Origin: an uncultured delta proteobacterium
GTDB taxonomy: Bacteria; Desulfobacterota; Binatia; DP-6
Reading direction: 5' to 3'
DNA length: 64,000 bases
NCBI GenBank assembly: GCA_963815115.1
Contig: CAWFFN010000012.1
Coordinates: 96,001-160,000 of the forward strand
The first letter of the stretch is position 1, and each line of letters begins with the position of its first letter. The position numbers and the translations under genes were made by a program. The notes beneath the pieces were generated by a model. That model was given only the letters and a program-made list of their open reading frames with translations. It searched no databases and was not told the DNA's origin. Shown piece by piece: positions 53,345 to 61,573 of the stretch.

Positions 53345-55990
53345 GTGTCGCGCCTGAGCCGCATCCTCCGCGCGGCCATCGACGCCGGCGCCGTCGCGGC
53401 CGCGGTCGTGTTCACGGCGTCGTACTTTCCGACCAGCGTGATGTTCTCCAACACCATCACGAACGGCGGCGACATGGGGTCGCACTACTACCCCGCGCTC
53501 TTCATGCGCGACGTGCTGCTGCCGAAGGGTCAGGTCGAGGGCTGGTGTCCCGGCAACTACTGCGGCTATCCGGTCTTCCAGTTCTACTTCCCCTTCCCGT
53601 TTCTCGTCATCGCCCTGCTGTCGCACGTCATCCCGTTCGCCGTCGCCTTCAAGCTCGGCACGGTGCTGGGAACGTTCCTGCTCCCGGTGTGTGCCTACTT
53701 CGGGCTGCGCTTGTTGCGCGTGCCGTTCCCCGGTCCCGCCATCGGCTCCCTGGCCACGCTGTGCTTCACCTTCATGGAGGCGAACAGCATGTGGGGCGGG
53801 AACATCCCGTCCACGCTCGCCGGCGAGTTCTCCCTCTCGCTCGGGCTCTCGCTCACCGTGCTCTTCTTCGGCGCCCTGCACTACAGCGCCGAGACCAGAC
53901 GCGGCGTCGCGTGGACCGGGCTCCTGGAAGGGCTGGTGGGCCTGTCGCACGGCTACACGCTGCTCTGGGCCGGCTTCGGGTCGCTCGTCGAGCTGGTCGC
54001 GACGCATCACTGGTGGAAGCGCTTCGCCGTCCTCGTCGGGGTCCACACGCTCGCCATTCTCCTGCTCGCGTTCTGGCTGCTCCCGATGATCGCGTACGCG
54101 CCGTGGACGACCGCGTACAATCACAGCTGGCCGCTCACGTCGTGGCGCGAGGTGTTCCCGCCCATCCTGTGGCCCGCGGGCGGGGTCGCGGCCGGCACGC
54201 TCCTGATCGAGCTCGTTCTCGCCCTCGTGCAGCGGAAGCCGTTTCCGCGCGGGCTCGGCACGCTGTGGGGCGTGATGGGGGTGGCGGCGCTCTTCTACAT
54301 GGTCGCGCACTCCTTCAACGTCGTGGACATCCGCTTCGTGCCCTTCGTCCAGCTCGGCCTGTGCCTGGCGGCCGGGGCCGGGCTCGGGCACGTGCTCGGC
54401 CGGCTGCCCGGACCCGAGGTCTGGCCCGTGGTGGTGGCGTGCGGACTGCTTCCCTTCGTCCAGCGTCACGTCACGTTCATCCCGAGCTGGATCAAGTGGA
54501 ACTACTCGGGCTTCGAGCAGAAGGTGCCGTGGCCGACGCTGCGCGGGATCGCCGCCAAGCTGCACGGCGACTTCAGGGATCCCCGGGTGGTCTACGAGCA
54601 TGCCCCCGCGAACGAGGCTCTGGGCACGGTGCGCGCGTTCGAGGATCTGCCGCTGTTCTCCGGCCGCTCCACGCTCGAGGGCCTCTACATGCAGGGCTCT
54701 CCGACGTCGCCGTTCGTGTTCTACATCCAGTCGGAGATCTCGGAGGCGCAGTCCTGTCCGTTCCCCGACTGGCACTGCACCCGCTTCGACCTGGACCGCG
54801 GCCTCGACCATCTCCGCATGCTCAACGTCTCCCACTTCATCGTCCGCAGCGACGCGGTGAAGAAGGCGGCAGCGAAGCACCCCGGCTTGCAGCACGAGGC
54901 CGACGTCGGCCCGTACGTCATCTACCGCATCCTCGGCAACGACGGCCGCTACGCCGTGCCGCTCACGGAGGCGCCGCAGCTGATCCTGGGCAAGGACTGG
55001 AAGGACGTCTCGTATCGCTGGTTTCGCAGCGCCCGCCCGGACTCGGTGATCCCGGTCTTCGCGGAGAGCGTGACGCCGGAGGAGCAGGCGCTGTTCGGCG
55101 GGACGTCGACCGACCTCCCGGCCGACATGCCGCACCGCTCGCTCGGGCCTCCTGCCGAGCTCACGGAGCACATGGCGGCGCAGGACCGCATCACCATCGA
55201 CGGGACGCGTCCCGGTCAACCGGTCCTGATCCGCATCTCCTACCACCCGCGCTGGAGGGCGCTCACGGGCGAGAAGATCTGGCTCGCGGGTCCGAGCTTC
55301 ATGCTGGTCTTCCCGCGCGGCGACCGCGTCGAGCTGGAGTTCGGCAGCGGGCCGCCGGTCGTCCTGGGGCACGTCCTGACCGCGGTCGGACTGCTCGTCT
55401 TCCTGCTCGCCGTGCTCCCCAGCCGCCGGAGGCTCGGCGCGCTGCTGGCGGAGACGGGGGGGCGCGTCGGCTCCCTCGCGCCGGCGCGCTGGGTCGTCGA
55501 GCCGATCAAGCGCACCGCGGCCTGGGGACCGGGGAGGCGTCGCGCAGCCCTGGCGCTCGCCATCGCGGTCAGCGTGGCGGTGGTCGGATTCGCGACCGTC
55601 GTCAAGCGCAAGGTGCCCGCCGATCAGGTCTATCTGAAGGGCCAGGCGCTGTTCAACGCCGGGAAGATGGCGGAAGCGCGGCCGTACTTCCAGGAAGCCC
55701 AGCGCATGGCGCCGCTCTCGACGACGGCGATCCATTCGGCATACTTCGAAGGCATCACCTACATCCGCGAGAACAAGTGGAAGGAAGCGGAGGACGTCTT
55801 CACGCGGCTGGTCGCTCGCTTCCCGGACGGCCTGAACGCGCCCGAGGCGCAGTACCACGTCGGGCTCTGCCGGCAGCAGCGCGGCGATCGCGCGGGCGCG
55901 ATCGCGGCCTGGGAGGAGACGCGCACGCGCTTCCCGGACAGCCCGTGGGCGGGGCACGCGAGCGAGCGGCTCGCCGAAATCCGCCGATGA
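53345..55990 (+). CDS. GT-C-fold membrane glycosyltransferase (PTPS-related/YfhO-like) with a C-terminal TPR
   Basis: GGDMGSHYYP, W.P..Y.GYP.FQFY.P, GGNI.STLAGEFS, about 13 TM helices, a soluble domain (GLYMQGS; ISYHPRW) and a C-terminal TPR. GTG start 53345. Confidence 0.82.
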   Translation: MSRLSRILRAAIDAGAVAAAVVFTASYFPTSVMFSNTITNGGDMGSHYYPALFMRDVLLPKGQVEGWCPGNYCGYPVFQFYFPFPFLVIALLSHVIPFAVAFKLGTVLGTFLLPVCAYFGLRLLRVPFPGPAIGSLATLCFTFMEANSMWGGNIPSTLAGEFSLSLGLSLTVLFFGALHYSAETRRGVAWTGLLEGLVGLSHGYTLLWAGFGSLVELVATHHWWKRFAVLVGVHTLAILLLAFWLLPMIAYAPWTTAYNHSWPLTSWREVFPPILWPAGGVAAGTLLIELVLALVQRKPFPRGLGTLWGVMGVAALFYMVAHSFNVVDIRFVPFVQLGLCLAAGAGLGHVLGRLPGPEVWPVVVACGLLPFVQRHVTFIPSWIKWNYSGFEQKVPWPTLRGIAAKLHGDFRDPRVVYEHAPANEALGTVRAFEDLPLFSGRSTLEGLYMQGSPTSPFVFYIQSEISEAQSCPFPDWHCTRFDLDRGLDHLRMLNVSHFIVRSDAVKKAAAKHPGLQHEADVGPYVIYRILGNDGRYAVPLTEAPQLILGKDWKDVSYRWFRSARPDSVIPVFAESVTPEEQALFGGTSTDLPADMPHRSLGPPAELTEHMAAQDRITIDGTRPGQPVLIRISYHPRWRALTGEKIWLAGPSFMLVFPRGDRVELEFGSGPPVVLGHVLTAVGLLVFLLAVLPSRRRLGALLAETGGRVGSLAPARWVVEPIKRTAAWGPGRRRAALALAIAVSVAVVGFATVVKRKVPADQVYLKGQALFNAGKMAEARPYFQEAQRMAPLSTTAIHSAYFEGITYIRENKWKEAEDVFTRLVARFPDGLNAPEAQYHVGLCRQQRGDRAGAIAAWEETRTRFPDSPWAGHASERLAEIRR

Positions 55991-56865
55991 AGGTCGTGTT
56001 TCATGCCGACGATTTCGGCCTGACCGCGGCCATCAACGACGGCATCCTCGAAGCCTACGAGCGCGGCGTCCTGCGCAGCACCTCGCTCATCGTGACGGCC
56101 GAGGCGGCGGCGCACGGCGTCGCGGCTGCCAGGACGGCTCCCGGGCTGGACGTCGGAGTCCATCTCACCCTGGTCGAGGAGCGTCCCGTGCTTCCGCCCG
56201 AGCGCGTCCCGACTCTCGTCGCCGGCGACCGGTTCCTGCCGACCCACGCCGCGGTCGGCGCGCGCTTCCTGACGGGACGCTGGCGGCCCGCGGAGGCACG
56301 CGCCGAGCTCGCCGCGCAGCTCGAGCGATTCGCCGCATCGGGCCTCGTGCCGTCTCATCTCGACGGGCACCAGCACCTCCACCTCCTGCCGGGCGTGCTG
56401 CCCTTCGTCGTCACCGAGGCGCGACGGCGCGGCATCCGCTTCGTGCGCACGGCGCTCGGGGACGCCGCCTCCCGACCCGCGCAGGCGGTGCGTGCCCTGA
56501 CCCTGCACGCCACCAACGCCGTGTCGCGGCTCGCGTCGCGCGGCGTGGCTCCGGCGGAGCGCCGCGGCCTGATCCCGTTCCGGACCATCGGGTTCCTGCA
56601 TGCCGGTGGCGGCATGACGCTCGCGGATCTCCTCGCAGCGCTCGACCGAGTCGGGCGGCGATCGCCGGCCGAGGTCGTCGAGGTGATGCTCCATCCCGGC
56701 CGGCGCGACGCCGAGACCGAGCGGCGCTACCGGCACTGGGGATATCGCTGGGAGAACGATCTCGCCCTCCTGCTGGACGCGAGGCTGCCGGATGCCCTCG
56801 CGCGGCGCGGAATCGAATGGACGTCCTTCCGCGCCCTCGCGACCGCCAGCGAGCTTCGCTCGTGA
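55987..56865 (+). CDS. ChbG/HpnK (YdjC) family carbohydrate deacetylase
   Basis: HADDFG, STSL, GVHLTL, SHLDGHQHLH and EVMLHPG; ATGA coupling. Confidence 0.92.
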   Translation: MKVVFHADDFGLTAAINDGILEAYERGVLRSTSLIVTAEAAAHGVAAARTAPGLDVGVHLTLVEERPVLPPERVPTLVAGDRFLPTHAAVGARFLTGRWRPAEARAELAAQLERFAASGLVPSHLDGHQHLHLLPGVLPFVVTEARRRGIRFVRTALGDAASRPAQAVRALTLHATNAVSRLASRGVAPAERRGLIPFRTIGFLHAGGGMTLADLLAALDRVGRRSPAEVVEVMLHPGRRDAETERRYRHWGYRWENDLALLLDARLPDALARRGIEWTSFRALATASELRS

Positions 56866-56886
56866 GCCTGCCGCATCGGTGCCGTG

Positions 56887-57978
56887 ATGGCTGAGCGCTC
56901 GTGGAGCACCCGGAGCTACGTCCCCGCCGATGTGGACGGCATCCTCGCGTTGCGCCGGGCGGTCTTTGGCGACCTCGACCGCGTGCGGCTGAAGCCCGAC
57001 ATCTGGCGCTGGCAGTTCGTCGACAACCCTGCCGGCGCCGGCTACGTCCGGCTCGCCGAGCGCGACGGGACGATCGTGGGTCAGTACGCGGCGATCCCCA
57101 CCCGCTTCCGGCTGAACGCCGGGGCAGGGGAGGAGCGGATCTTCGCGATGTCCTGCGACACCATGACCCATCCCGACTACCAGCGGCAGGGCATGTTCGT
57201 CACGCTGGCCCAGGAGCTCTACGCCGAGCTCGCGGATCAGCACGGGGTGTCCACCGTGTGGGGATTCCCCAACGCCGCCTCGCACCCCGGATTCGTCGGC
57301 CGTCTCGGCTGGTTCGACATCCACGTGTTCCCCACCCGCGTGAAACCCATCCGCAGCGCGCCCGTGTTCAAGCGCTACCTCCGCTGGGGCGTGCTCTCCG
57401 GGGCGCTGGGCGCGCTCGCCGACCGCGCCTACCAGCTCGCCACCCCTCGTGTCGCGCCGCCTCGGCGCTGCGAGATCCGCCCGCTGGCGTCGTTCGACGA
57501 GCGCTTCGACGCCCTCTGGCTGCGCCATCGAGCGCTGGCGCCGATCGTGCAGGTCCGCACCCGCGACCATCTCAACTGGCGCTACTGCGCGGTGCCGGAG
57601 TTCGGCTACCGTCCGTTCGCCGTCTTCGTCGGCGGCGCGCTCGAGGGCTACGTCGTGGTCCGCACCCTGACGCTCTTCGATCTTCCCTTCGCGGCCATGG
57701 TCGATCTCTTTCCCTGCCCGGTGGTCGACGCCGAGATCACGCGCGAGGTGCTGAGCTTCGCGCAGATCGAGGCGGAGCGCGCGGGCGCGGCGTTCCTGAC
57801 CGCGTTGCTGCCGCCCGCGCACGCCTCGCATCTCACTCGCTTCGGCTTCCTGAAGGTCCCCGGCTTCCTGAACCTCCGGCCCTGGTATCTCGGCGCGCGC
57901 TGCCCGGCGGCCGACCAATCCCTGCTGCGCGACATCGACCACTGGTACGTCACCTATGGCGACGCCGACATCGTCTGA
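56887..57978 (+). CDS. GNAT family acyltransferase (extended, two-domain)
   Basis: W.WQF..NPAG, DTMTHPDYQRQGMF, WGFPN..S..GF, LNWRY and terminal TYGDAD. Confidence 0.85.
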   Translation: MAERSWSTRSYVPADVDGILALRRAVFGDLDRVRLKPDIWRWQFVDNPAGAGYVRLAERDGTIVGQYAAIPTRFRLNAGAGEERIFAMSCDTMTHPDYQRQGMFVTLAQELYAELADQHGVSTVWGFPNAASHPGFVGRLGWFDIHVFPTRVKPIRSAPVFKRYLRWGVLSGALGALADRAYQLATPRVAPPRRCEIRPLASFDERFDALWLRHRALAPIVQVRTRDHLNWRYCAVPEFGYRPFAVFVGGALEGYVVVRTLTLFDLPFAAMVDLFPCPVVDAEITREVLSFAQIEAERAGAAFLTALLPPAHASHLTRFGFLKVPGFLNLRPWYLGARCPAADQSLLRDIDHWYVTYGDADIV

Positions 57979-58672
57979 CGCCCGCACCCCCTTCACCGTC
58001 GGCATCCCGGTGTACAACGAGGAGGCGATCCTGGTCCCCAACACCGAGCGCCTGCTCGCCTACCTCGACCGCTTCGGACGCCAGTACGAGGTGCTCATCG
58101 GGTCCAACGGCTCGACCGACTCGACGACGGCGCTCGGCATCGACCTGACCCGGCGCTTCCCGCAGGTCGCGTTCTTCCACGTGCCGGAGCGTGGCGTGGG
58201 GCTGGCCTTCCGCGAGTTCATTCGCCAGGCACGCTATCCCCTGCTCGTCTCGGTCGACATGGATCTCTCCATCGACCTCGACTTCGTCAAGCGCGCCCTC
58301 ACCCTGCTCGAGGATCACGACATCGTCGTCGGCTCGAAGAAGCTCGGGAAGCAGAAGCGGTCGTTCGTGCGGCGCGTCGCGTCCGACACCTTCCTCCGCA
58401 TTGCCCGCGTGCTGCTCGGCATCGACTACGACGACTACTCGATCGCGGCCAAGGGCTACCGCGTCGAGACCGTGCGCCGCTTCGCGGATCGCATCAACGA
58501 GGGCTCGTCGTACGTCATCGAGATGTGCTTCCTCACCAAGCGGGCCGGCGGACGGATCGTCCAGATCCCGGTGGAATGCGAGGACTGGCGCAAGTCGAAG
58601 TTCAACCTGGTGCACGAGGCGTTGTACAAGTACACCCATCTCGTCGGGCTCTGGCTGCGCGGGGGGCGATGA
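57956..58672 (+). CDS. GT2 polyprenyl-phosphate glycosyltransferase (DPM1-like)
   Basis: IPVYNEE, NGSTD, G.G.A, DMD (DxD), DIVVGS and SKF. Confidence 0.9.
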   Translation: MATPTSSDARTPFTVGIPVYNEEAILVPNTERLLAYLDRFGRQYEVLIGSNGSTDSTTALGIDLTRRFPQVAFFHVPERGVGLAFREFIRQARYPLLVSVDMDLSIDLDFVKRALTLLEDHDIVVGSKKLGKQKRSFVRRVASDTFLRIARVLLGIDYDDYSIAAKGYRVETVRRFADRINEGSSYVIEMCFLTKRAGGRIVQIPVECEDWRKSKFNLVHEALYKYTHLVGLWLRGGR

Positions 58673-59082
58673 GCGACGCGGCGCTCGAGGCCGAGGCTCG
58701 CATCTTCGGCCGCTACCTGGTCGGCCGCCCGCCGGAGCCGGCGCTCGTGGCGCGCTACGGCGCGGCTTGCCGGACGCTCTGGCCGTCACCGCCCGGGCCG
58801 CGCGACGCGGCCGTGCTGGCGTTCGTGCGGCGGCGTCCCTGGAGCATCGGGCCGCTCGACGCGGCTGCCGCGCTGCTCGACCCCGGCGGTCTCCTGCGCA
58901 GCAAGGTGCTGGTGATGAGCGCCCTGCTCGAGGCGACGCCGGCCCACGCGGACGACTTCCTGCCGCGCGCGGCGTCGACCCCGGCACTGCTCTGGCGGCT
59001 GGCGGCGTCGGGCGCCGTCGCGGTCGCCCAGGCGGCCGCCGGCGTATTGCTCTATCGGCTCGCCGCCCGCGCGCGCGCATGA
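58669..59082 (+). CDS. Hypothetical protein, translationally coupled on both sides
   Basis: ATGA overlaps at 58669 and 59079; 137 aa, helical, with a hydrophobic C-terminus. Confidence 0.78.
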   Translation: MSDAALEAEARIFGRYLVGRPPEPALVARYGAACRTLWPSPPGPRDAAVLAFVRRRPWSIGPLDAAAALLDPGGLLRSKVLVMSALLEATPAHADDFLPRAASTPALLWRLAASGAVAVAQAAAGVLLYRLAARARA

Positions 59083-60683
59083 CCGACGTGATCGTCGTCG
59101 GCTCGGGCCCGGGAGGGACCAACGCCGCGGCCCGCCTCGTCGAAGCGGGCCGCAGCGTGCTGATGCTCGACTTCGGGAACCGTGACGCGCGCTATGCCGA
59201 TCTCGTTCCCGACCGGCCGTTCCTCCAGATCCGCCACGAGGACCGGGAGCAGCATCGCTATCTCCTCGGCGAGACGTTCGAGGGCATCCCCTTCGGCGCC
59301 GTACGGGTCGGCGCGCAGCTGACGCCGCCGCGCAGCTATGCCCTGGCCGACGCGCCCGAGCGCATGCCGGTCGACGCGCCGGGCTTCGCGGTCTCGATGA
59401 GCCTGGCACGCGGCGGGCTCGGGGTGGCGTGGGGAGCCGGGGTGTTCCCGTTCTCCGACGACGAGCTGCGCGCGATGCATCTCGACCTGGCGACGATGCA
59501 GCCGCACTACGACGCCGTCGCGGCGCGCATCGGCGTGGCGGGCGCGCGGGACGACCTGCTGCGCTTCTACCCCCCCAGCCCGGACATGATGCCGGCGCTC
59601 GACGCCGACACCAACGGCACGATCGTGCTCGAGCGCTACCTGCGCCAGCGTGCCCGGCTCAACGCCGACGGGTTCTTCCTCGGCCGGCCGCGCATCGCGG
59701 TGTGCTCGGAGCCGTTCCGGGGGCGGCTGGCGTACCCCTACTACGACCTCGATTTCTGGTCCGACCCCGGGCGCAGCATCTACCGCCCGATGTGGACCCT
59801 GGACGAGCTCGAGCGGAAGCCCGGCTTCACCTATCGGCCGCGCTGCCTCGTTCGCGGCTTCGTGGAGGACGGGGCGGGTGTGCGCGTCGAGGCGACGCAC
59901 GCCGACACCGGCGCGCGCGAGCGCCACGAGGCGCGGGCCCTCGTGCTCGCGGCCGGGACCTTTGGCACCGCCCGTCTGGTCCTGCGCTCGCTCGAGCGCT
60001 ACGACACGCCGGTGCCGCTGGTCTCGAACCCCTACACGTACGTGCCGACGCTGAACCTCGGCATGATCGGGCGGCCGACGCGCGACCCGCGCTCGAGCCA
60101 GGGCCAGCTGACGGCAATCCTCGAGCGCCAGGAGCCGTGGCATCGCCTGGTGCAGGCGCAGGTCTTCTCCTATCGCTCGCTCCTGACCTTCAAGCTCATG
60201 AAGGAGCTGCCCCTCGCGGCGCGCCAGTCGCGCCGCATGCTCCAGGTTCTCATGCCGTGCTTCGCCATCCTCGGGATTCACCACGAGGACCGGCCGGGCG
60301 CCGCCAAGACGTGCACGCTCCGGCGGGGCCCGGGCGACGGTCCGGACACGCTCGCCATCCGCTACCAGCCCAGCGAGGAGGAGGAGCACATGCAGCGGGA
60401 GGACGAGAGAGCGCTGCTGCGCTGCTTCCGGCGGCTCGGCTGCCTGCCGCTCAAGCGCATCCGGCCGGGACACGGCTCCAGCATCCACTACGCCGGGACG
60501 TTCCCGATCACGGCCGAGGACCGCCCGCTCACCTGCGACCACGACAGCCGGCTGCGCGGCACCCGCGCCGTGTACCTGGCGGACGGCTCGGTCTTTCCCT
60601 GGCTGCCGCCGAAGGGCCTCACCTTCAACATCATGGCGAACGCCGATCGCGTCGGTGCCATCGTCGCGGAGCGGCTGCAATGA
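59079..60683 (+). CDS. GMC-family FAD-dependent oxidoreductase
   Basis: DVIVVGSGPGG, GGL..AWGA, LAAGTFGT.RL.LRS, IHYAGT, VYLADGSVFP and T.NIMANA.R. Confidence 0.88.
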   Translation: MTDVIVVGSGPGGTNAAARLVEAGRSVLMLDFGNRDARYADLVPDRPFLQIRHEDREQHRYLLGETFEGIPFGAVRVGAQLTPPRSYALADAPERMPVDAPGFAVSMSLARGGLGVAWGAGVFPFSDDELRAMHLDLATMQPHYDAVAARIGVAGARDDLLRFYPPSPDMMPALDADTNGTIVLERYLRQRARLNADGFFLGRPRIAVCSEPFRGRLAYPYYDLDFWSDPGRSIYRPMWTLDELERKPGFTYRPRCLVRGFVEDGAGVRVEATHADTGARERHEARALVLAAGTFGTARLVLRSLERYDTPVPLVSNPYTYVPTLNLGMIGRPTRDPRSSQGQLTAILERQEPWHRLVQAQVFSYRSLLTFKLMKELPLAARQSRRMLQVLMPCFAILGIHHEDRPGAAKTCTLRRGPGDGPDTLAIRYQPSEEEEHMQREDERALLRCFRRLGCLPLKRIRPGHGSSIHYAGTFPITAEDRPLTCDHDSRLRGTRAVYLADGSVFPWLPPKGLTFNIMANADRVGAIVAERLQ

Positions 60684-61558
60684 GTGCCGCCGCGAAGGTG
60701 GTCGCCGTGACCGGCGCCTCCGGATTCATCGGCGGCGCACTGTGCCGGATGCTGGCCGGCCGCGGCTGGGAGGTTCGCGCGCTGGTGCGCTCACCGGAGC
60801 GCTTCACGGGCGTCCCGGGCGTGCGTCCCGCGCGCTGCGACCTGCCGGACTCGATCGACGAGACGGCGCTCGCCGGTGCGGCGGCCGTCGTGCACTGCGC
60901 CTACGCCACGCGCGAGACCGACCTCGAGCGGGCGCGGCGGGTGAACGAGGACGGCACGCGCGTGCTCCTGGAGAGAGCGCGCCGCGCGGGCGCGCGCGTG
61001 GTGTTCGTCTCGACGATCGCCGCCGCCGCGGACGCGCCCAGCTACTACGCGCGCAGCAAGCACGCCCTCGAGGAGCTCTTCGACCCGGCGCGCGACGCGA
61101 TCGTGCGTCCCGGCCTGGTGATCGGCCCGGGCGGCCACGGGCTCTTCCAGCAGCTGCTCGACAACATGCGCCGGCTGCGCGTCGTTCCGCTGTTCGGCGG
61201 GGGCCGCCAGCCCCTGCAGACCGTGCACGTGGACGATCTGTGCGAGGCCATCATCCGCGTCCTGGAGCGCGACCTGAGCGGCGCCTACAACGTCGCGGAG
61301 CCGGATCCGCCGACGCTCGGTGCGTTCCTGCGCACGATGGCGGCGAGGCTCGGCATCCGCTGCGTGTTCGTGCCGCTGCCGTTCGCGCCCGTCCTCGCCG
61401 GCGTGCGGGCGCTGGAGGGGATGCGCGTGCCGTTTCCTCTCAGGTCGGAGAGCCTCCTCGGGTTGCAAGGGCTGCGGCGCGTCGCCGTCGACGACGATCT
61501 CCGCCGCCTCGGACTCCGGGTGCGTCCCGCGGCGGAGAGCCTCGCTTCGGTGGATTGA
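60680..61558 (+). CDS. NAD-dependent epimerase/dehydratase (extended SDR)
   Basis: VTGASGFIG, VVHCA, FVST, YARSK, RPG and VHVDD; ATGA coupling. Confidence 0.92.
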   Translation: MSAAAKVVAVTGASGFIGGALCRMLAGRGWEVRALVRSPERFTGVPGVRPARCDLPDSIDETALAGAAAVVHCAYATRETDLERARRVNEDGTRVLLERARRAGARVVFVSTIAAAADAPSYYARSKHALEELFDPARDAIVRPGLVIGPGGHGLFQQLLDNMRRLRVVPLFGGGRQPLQTVHVDDLCEAIIRVLERDLSGAYNVAEPDPPTLGAFLRTMAARLGIRCVFVPLPFAPVLAGVRALEGMRVPFPLRSESLLGLQGLRRVAVDDDLRRLGLRVRPAAESLASVD

Positions 61559-61573
61559 AGGGCGGAGCTGGGC

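Noticed and set aside
52499-56865. Apparent 1163-aa and 1106-aa fusion ORFs in the ORF track
   Set aside because: The N-terminal extensions are off-frame read-through of upstream genes; real starts are near 53345 and 55987. The same applies to the 58191, 59429, 12123 and 18770 starts.
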